64,000 nt of DNA from Eledone cirrhosa. Lineage: Eukaryota. Shown here piece after piece: positions 57,239 through 64,000 of this stretch. How positions within the stretch are numbered: position 1 is the stretch's first letter; every line of letters starts with the position of its first letter. The notes under the pieces were generated by a model. That model was not told the origin of the DNA and ran no database searches. It saw only the letters and a list, made by a program, of their open reading frames with translations. The stretch covers positions 26,412,001 through 26,476,000 of the forward strand of contig OZ024754.1 of assembly GCA_964016885.1 (NCBI GenBank). The letters are read 5' to 3'. The position numbers and the translations under genes are program-made.

Positions 57239-58504
57239 ATGGATGCCATTTCAACCTCGCACACTGTCGTGAGTGCCACGTTCACTAAGAAAAGTGGTGG
57301 AGGGAAGGTAGGAGTACAAAGCTTGCAGCCTTCCCCCTTCGCATTATCGAAAAACGTTGAAAATATTGAAACTACGAAACCAAACCCGGTAAATAATACC
57401 AGCACCAACAACAAGAACAATGACAACAACACCACAACCAACAACTGCAACAATAGCAACACTAAGGAAAACATGAACAATATTACCAACAGTGACAACA
57501 ACAGCAGCAACAAAAAAGATAACAACACCAAAACAACATTCGCACAGACTGTAAAAAAAAACCAACTATACACGCCAATAGACATAACAAATGCTAAACA
57601 ACTATTACAAGACGCAAAACAATTCGTGACTTTTGGCGAAAACGGTGCTTTTTGCATCAATTCTCCACAGGAATTACGTAGAGAGGCTGTCCTGAAAGCC
57701 ACAGTTTTCAGGACAATATCGAACGAAACAAGAAAACCAGCTCAATTATCACAAAATGAAATTGAGCTGGTTCTAAAAGATGCAATGAAGGACTTAACCT
57801 TCATACAAAAAGGTAAACTGTTTGGTAGCATTTCAGTGCTAATGAACAACCAGTCAACAGCACAAAAGTACTCGGTATCACCCATTGTGTCCCCCTGCTT
57901 CACCTTTTTCCCCACATACAGGGGAAAAAGGACACAAAGAATAAAAATAATGAGTATCACACCAAATGTAAATATTTGGTGGATACTATGTGGAATCATT
58001 GACTTTGACGAAGACAAGATAATTTCAATAGGAAAGTCCTCCGGAGGTGTATTTGGTGGGACTAGCGTAGAAGTTCTGGTGAAAATGAGCCCAGAACGAA
58101 TAGCGAATATCCCACAACGCGTGCCTTTGGACGGGCTAACTTATATAAACATTTCAGTGGAGGGAAGGCGGCCGTCATGTTACCACTGCTTAAGCAGGGG
58201 TCACCTGAGGGCTGCCTGTCCTCAATTAACGAGTAAAAAAAAGGCTCTTCTGCCAACCCCGAACACAACAACACAACCACTACCACCACCACCACCACCA
58301 CCACCACAACAACAACAACAACACGGAAAAATAACAACACAACACACTGTTCCACCCAACCCCTCCCTACCTAAAACAAATACAAAAGCAACCACAACAA
58401 AACCCCAAAATATACCCCTCCCCAACAACACGGAAGAGGATTCCGTATCAACGTCACCCAGTGACGACGAGGGAGAACCCTTTCAACAGGTGAAAAGGAA
58501 ATAA
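57239..58504 (+). CDS. ORF1 with CCHC zinc knuckle (probably continued by frameshift toward 59043)
   Basis: VEGRRPSCYHCLSRGHLRAACP; low-complexity N/T and P/Q tracts; lies upstream of APE-RT. Confidence 0.8.
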   Translation: MDAISTSHTVVSATFTKKSGGGKVGVQSLQPSPFALSKNVENIETTKPNPVNNTSTNNKNNDNNTTTNNCNNSNTKENMNNITNSDNNSSNKKDNNTKTTFAQTVKKNQLYTPIDITNAKQLLQDAKQFVTFGENGAFCINSPQELRREAVLKATVFRTISNETRKPAQLSQNEIELVLKDAMKDLTFIQKGKLFGSISVLMNNQSTAQKYSVSPIVSPCFTFFPTYRGKRTQRIKIMSITPNVNIWWILCGIIDFDEDKIISIGKSSGGVFGGTSVEVLVKMSPERIANIPQRVPLDGLTYINISVEGRRPSCYHCLSRGHLRAACPQLTSKKKALLPTPNTTTQPLPPPPPPPPQQQQQHGKITTQHTVPPNPSLPKTNTKATTTKPQNIPLPNNTEEDSVSTSPSDDEGEPFQQVKRK

Positions 58505-59085
58505 AAAGGCACCACATTAACAAAAATGCCACAAACACACAACCACCAGCACAAACAGAACAAACATCACAAATAAAAAAAACCCACCCCTCCCCAAAAC
58601 ATAACACATACTACAAAACGCAAACACGCACAAGAACAACAAACAAAAACAAACACAACACAACAAAAACTCTATACATACATTAACAAGAACAATAAAA
58701 CGTTGATGAAAACAGTAGAAAATAACCCTTCGGTGGAAACCGAAGGGTTATTTTCACCTACGCAGCGAACAAACCGCACCTAATGATGATTAGGGTCCCA
58801 ACGGAAACCTATGTAACTTTGAAAAAGAACCATCCAATGCATGTGGGGACCAACTGCACCAAACCACTTAACCACATCCTATTGAGATGTTTCCCCACCC
58901 CCACACCAGACACCCCACCAAACACCCTAATCCCACCACACACTGATGTCCTCACCCCACCACAAACCACCACCCCACCAAACATCCCTTCCAACACCCC
59001 CATGGAAATTGTGCAGCCTGGTCCCCAGGAGACGAAAAGGTAAGTAATTTCCTTTCCTCTTCCTTTTTAACTCTTCAGCACCAAC

Positions 59086-62000
59086 ATGGCCAATATAAGA
59101 GTTGGATGTGTGAATGCACGCGGCCTGGAGATGTCCTGGAAACAGGGCGAACTCTTAAATGACCTCAGGTCGCAGAGAGTGGATGTAATGGTTATTTGCG
59201 AGTCCAGGATCAGCAGCGAGCGCCAACTGGCCCCCATCTTCGACGACTTTGAGATCTACGCATCTCTCTGTCAGCCGAGGGGTGGGGTGGGGTTGTCGTT
59301 CTGCTGCGAAAATACCTGGGTCTTGCCACTCAGAAGGTACACCTGGAACCGGAGGGTCGACTGGTGGTTTTAGACGTCAGCAGTGGTGAAGGTGGAGCTT
59401 TCAGGCTGGTGGCAGCGTATGCCCCATCTGGGACACCGCGACCGGACTTCTTCCGACGCCTGGAGAATTTCCTGGGAACGTCTCGCTCCTTGCTTTTAGT
59501 GGGGGACTGGAATGGTATCCTGGATGCACGTTTGGACTATGTAGGGGCATGTTCCGATAGAGGGGGGGGGGGGGTGTAACAGCCTAAAACGATTAATCGG
59601 CCGATTTGATCTGCCCGATAGATATCGACTAGATTTTCCGACTGTGCCACTGTGGACGTGGACTAATCTTAGCGGAACATCTAGGTCGTACCTAGATAGG
59701 TTCCTAGTTAGAAATAAGGATAGGGACATATTAAGCTGTCCACGAATGTTCATGGTTGACTATTCGGATCACAAGTTGGTGACCGGAGTGATCAACCTTG
59801 ATAGAACTCATAGACAGGGACCCGGTTACTGGAAGCTAAACTTGTCTTTACCGACAAACAAAGCTTACAGTAAGCGGATTAGCACACTAGTTAAGCAGCG
59901 TTTGACGGGGGCAATTGTCAACAGCAGGTGGTGGGGCTCTCTCAAGAGAGAAATTAGAATAGAATCGATAGGTTTTAGTCGGGAATTAGCATCAGATAGG
60001 AATAGAACTGAAAGGGAATTAACAAATAGAGTAGAAGAGGCGATTAGGAGTGGCAACGTGGCCGGCGTGCTGGCGTCAAGAACGGCCCTAGACCAGTTCT
60101 TTGATGCGAAGCACGAGGGCTGCGTTGTCAGGAGTAAAATACGTGCTCTGGGTAACGAGGGAGCCAAAGCTGTTAGCTGGGCCCGAGTGACAGAGGCAAA
60201 AAGTGGAAACAAGTCCACGATTCGGTCTTTGAAGGACCAGGATAGATGCGTGATCCTTGAACCTGAGCGGATGAGCGCGGCCTTTCAACGGCGCTTTGCA
60301 CGACTGTTCGGGAGGGGCGGCGGGCCGGGTGGGGCCATGGATTTCGGTCCATACCTCGACGGTCTGGCGCGGCTCTCGGACGGGGAGGCGAAGTCCTGCG
60401 AGAGGCCGATTTCAGCCGCTGAAATAGGGGAAGCGCTGAGCCAATGCGGCAAACGCAAATCTCTGGGTCTCGATGGTCTACCATACGAACTTTATGTAGC
60501 GATGCCGGGCTTGTTCTCCGGTCTCCTCGAGGCGGTCTACTGCAACTGGCAACAGAACGGGAGAATTCCCAGTTCTGTGACCAAGGGCGTAGTCACGCTG
60601 GTGAGGAAGGACGAGAACAAGGGGGATGACATAGATAACTTCAGGCCCATAACTCTGCTAAACACAGAGTTAAAGATTTTGGCCAAGGTGCTAGCGAGGA
60701 GGTTGGCGCTTGTCGTCGGGAACCTGGTGGGAGAAGCGCAGACATGCGCAATCCCGTCCAGGTCCATACACGACAACTTCCACCTCATGCGATACATCGT
60801 AGAGAGGCTAGGGAATGAACCCGGCTTTGGTGGGGCCCTGATCAACTTGGATTAATCTAAGGCGTTCGATAAGGGTTGAACATCGGTACCTGGATGAGGT
60901 GCTCGCAGCGGCAGGCTTCGGACCCGTTTTCAGGGGCTGGATTGCTGCAATGCACAGCAGCAACACCTGCTCGAGGGTCAAGGTGAACGGCTACTTCTCC
61001 GAGCCGTTCCAAATCACGCGATCCATCAGACAGGGATGCCCTCTCTCTCCTCCCTCCCGTATGTGCTGGCTCTGGAGCCACTACTGCGGAAGCTGGAGCT
61101 GTTGCAGGGCATCCCCTTGGAACCGGGATTGCGGAAAGCGGTGTCGGCCTACGCCGATGACGTGACAGTAATGGTGTCGTGCGCCACAGAAATCGGGCAG
61201 ATCGGCACCTTACTGGAGGAATATGAAAGGTTCACAGGAGCCAAGCTGAACCGGGACAAGTCCGTCGGTTTGCAACTCGGGACGTGGAGGGGCAAAACGA
61301 TGCCCTCCGACGGCATCGTCGGACGCTGGACGGAGGGACCGGTGAAGCTGCTCGGGGTCTGGTTCGGACCGGACCTCCAGGTGGAGAAAAACTGGAACGA
61401 GGTAACGGGCAAGGTGTTTGCACTCGCCCAGAAGGGGGCCGAGTGCAAACTATCCCTGAAAGGTCGAGCGGAGGTGGCGAACACTTATATAGCGTCCGTC
61501 ATCTACTACCGCTTGACCGTCGTGCCTTGCCCAGAGAAAACACTCGCCAAAATGGAGCTCGCGCTCTTCCGATTTCTTTGGAAGAAGCGGGCTCCTTTGG
61601 TGAGAAGATCCATCTGCTGTCAACACCCTTCGAACAGAGGGCTGGGGATGCCGTGGCTGACGATGCGTAGACACGCATTAAGGCTACGGCACCTCCAGGT
61701 ATTCCTCACCGGTCAGCCGGTGTGGGCCCTGTTTGTGAGGCGAGCCTTTCCGAGACTCGTCTCACTCACCGAGCTGCAATCCTGGGTCAAGCAAAGACCG
61801 AGAAAAGTGGGCGACTGGCACATTGAATGTGCCCAGGCCCTCACGGCCCTCTGGCAAGCGGATCCGGCAATCAGTGGAGACTCAACCTCAACATTCTATA
61901 GAGGATTGGTGCGCAGTAAGTGCGACGACGCTCTCGGAGAGCCTTTGGGCATGGAGGAAGACGAGCTGGCCAGTCTGTTCGGTAGGACGTTTGGCCCGGG

Positions 62001-62532
62001 ACCGATGGACAACTTCCAAAAGTCCCTGGCTTGGCAATGTTACCGAGGAGCTCTACCCGTTCGGGACAAGCTCTACAGACACGGGCGCCCGGGTAGGGAC
62101 CCCTCGAAGAAGATCTGTCCGAGATGCGTGCGTGACGAGGAAACCGTCGCACACGCATTCGTACAATGCCCGGGAGTTGCTGACCTGTGGGGCTATGTGG
62201 AACGACTACTGTCGCGGGTGGGACCAATCCGGTTGACCACCGAGAACATTGTCACGATCAAACCGCCTCCCCCTTTCAAAAACGAAGGAGAGGCGGTTTT
62301 CCTCTGTGTGATAGCCATGGCAAAAGAAGTTGTATGGTGGACAAGGTTGAAAGGGCTGAGGTCAGACACCTTTCTCTCCGGCCAACAACTGGTCTTTTTT
62401 TTCAAGTACCACTTTAGAAGAAGGATCAGAATGGAGAGAGAGGTGCTCTACCCCAGCAAGTTTTATGAAAGATGGGTGAAAGTAGCGAGAATGGCCCGAG
62501 TGAATGGGCCTTCTCTCTATATCAGCCTGTAG
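59086..62532 (+). pseudogene. ORF2: AP-like endonuclease + RT + C-terminal CCHC, with frameshifts and stops
   Basis: CVNARGL, VGDWN, SYLDRFLV, SDH; GLDGLPYE, NFRPITLLN, RQGCPLS, YADD; CPRC..ETVAHAFVQC. Confidence 0.92.
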
Positions 62533-63769
62533 GTGAGAGAGGAGAAGAATGAGAAGAGGAAGGAAGCACCCGCTCTTTGGCTCCTGAAGAGGAGGGTTGC
62601 ACATTTTTTCGAGGGTGTGTGCGACCCATGTCAACGCCCCTCCCTATTGAGGACATCGATTGTTAAATTTAATTTGTTATATGTTTTTTACACGTCTTTT
62701 TAAATGTCCCAATCTTTGATGCCCTGGTGGCAAATAAATAGAAATATATATCAATTACCACCAATCTCACCCCTCTCCATATCTGATATACAACACACTC
62801 TCTCAACCTTCCTCTCTATGTCAATTACCGCCAAACTCTCCCCCTCTCTATATCTGTATCTATCTCTCTCATCTGTCTCTACATCACATGAACATAAATT
62901 GTAGCGCATATACAAATAGATGTGTGTTTTGGTAGTTTGGGGAGAAAAATATAATTATTGAGGGAGCCATGCTCTCCCCCCAGTTCCACCACCCCTGATA
63001 TACATATATAAATATATATAAGTTTCCCGCCCACAATTTAATAGCTCTTGAAGAATCTCCGTTATTCCAGCTATCGATATTTTGGCACAAAATTCTTTGC
63101 AACTTTCTTTTGGTTTTATTCCAACAAACAATGTAATCGTTAACTGAAAAACGAATCTACATTGTTGCAGGTCTTTTAGGATGTTGTCTTGCTAACTTAA
63201 GTTTGCTAGATTCGCCTAAAAGGTGGAGTATGAATAACTTTATTTTAGTGCCCACTCTACGATTTTCGCATAACTTTCGTAATAATGCATGTTTTCTACG
63301 ATGTAGATTACAGATACTGTGATGTCATTAAAAAGCAAACACTATTTTTATTTACAGAATACTTTCGAGTGGTGTTTGTAGTAAAGTAAATGTGAACTCT
63401 AAAATTTGTTCACTATACGTTCCAATTTCTTATTTTTAATGAATGTTTATCAATCAGGCTAATTTAAGAATTTTTTCAGGAATGCGATGTCATATCTATC
63501 TAGATCTAAAGTCTGTCTCAAGTCAGGCGGCTAGTCAGGGTGGTGTTTATTCCGGTCTCGTGGCGTGAAGCGACTGAGAATACAAGATCCCCCTCCCCAT
63601 CTCTTTATAGGGGCTAATAACTGGGGGAGAGGAATACTATCTGCTGGTCATAGCTCCTAGCAAAAGTGTCACCGCTTTTCTGGTGACAAGAATCGGAATT
63701 TGAACGTACAAACCCGGAACTGATGCCACAATGTGTCCCAACACTGCCAATTCATCAGGCATGGATTTG

Positions 63770-63900
63770 CATTTTATTTATCGAACATCAACATGATTTA
63801 AGTCGAAGTTAACTTCGGCAGGATTTGAAACGAGAGAGAGGCTCGGAACAAACAACGAGGCATTTAAACCAATGCACTAACGACTCTAGAAATTGGTAGC
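63770..63900 (-). mobile_element. Diverged SINE copy
   Basis: TTTATTTATCGAAC..GAAGTTAACTTCGGCAGGATTTGAA. Confidence 0.55.
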
Positions 63901-64000
63901 CTATAACAACGCCGTCGCCACCACTGCCACCGCCTCCGTCTCCATCGCTGTTGCCAGCAACACCACCACAACAACAACTACCACCACCACCACCACCACC

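Larger units (their letters stand above)
57040..62746 (+). mobile_element. Near-full-length Tx1/L1-clade non-LTR retrotransposon
   Basis: ORF1 + ORF2; 3' AATAAA; candidate 15-bp TSD TATATCAATTACCAC at 57025-57039 and 62747-62761. Confidence 0.9.

Noticed and set aside
57205-62634. Antisense and alternative-frame ORFs over the Tx1 element (likewise over the R4 and PLE ORFs)
   Set aside because: Shadow frames of the real retroelement ORFs with no domain signatures

Overview
AT-rich, microsatellite-dense animal DNA. The SINE family and the (TA)n/(CA)n/(TATG)n load suggest an octopod cephalopod, but that is inference. No confident host gene is present; the window is almost entirely nested mobile DNA. 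(1) Many Penelope-like element (PLE) insertions sit in (TA)n tracts. Most have the form (TA)n-[inverted arm]-[forward arm + unpaired 35-100 nt tail]-(TA)n, from about 120 bp hairpins to 4 kb RT/GIY-YIG copies. They carry about a dozen families of hammerhead ribozyme motifs, including compensated U3-A8 core variants. (2) Three R4/Dong-clade RLE non-LTR retrotransposons lie head-to-tail in (TATG)n, two of them directly in the tails of RTE LINEs. One has an intact 1169-aa ORF and an apparent 73-121 bp target-site duplication. (3) RTE, CR1 and Tx1/L1 LINEs, tRNA-derived SINEs and small DNA-transposon MITEs make up the rest. All alignments and RNA folds were read by eye, so boundaries may be off by a few nt.
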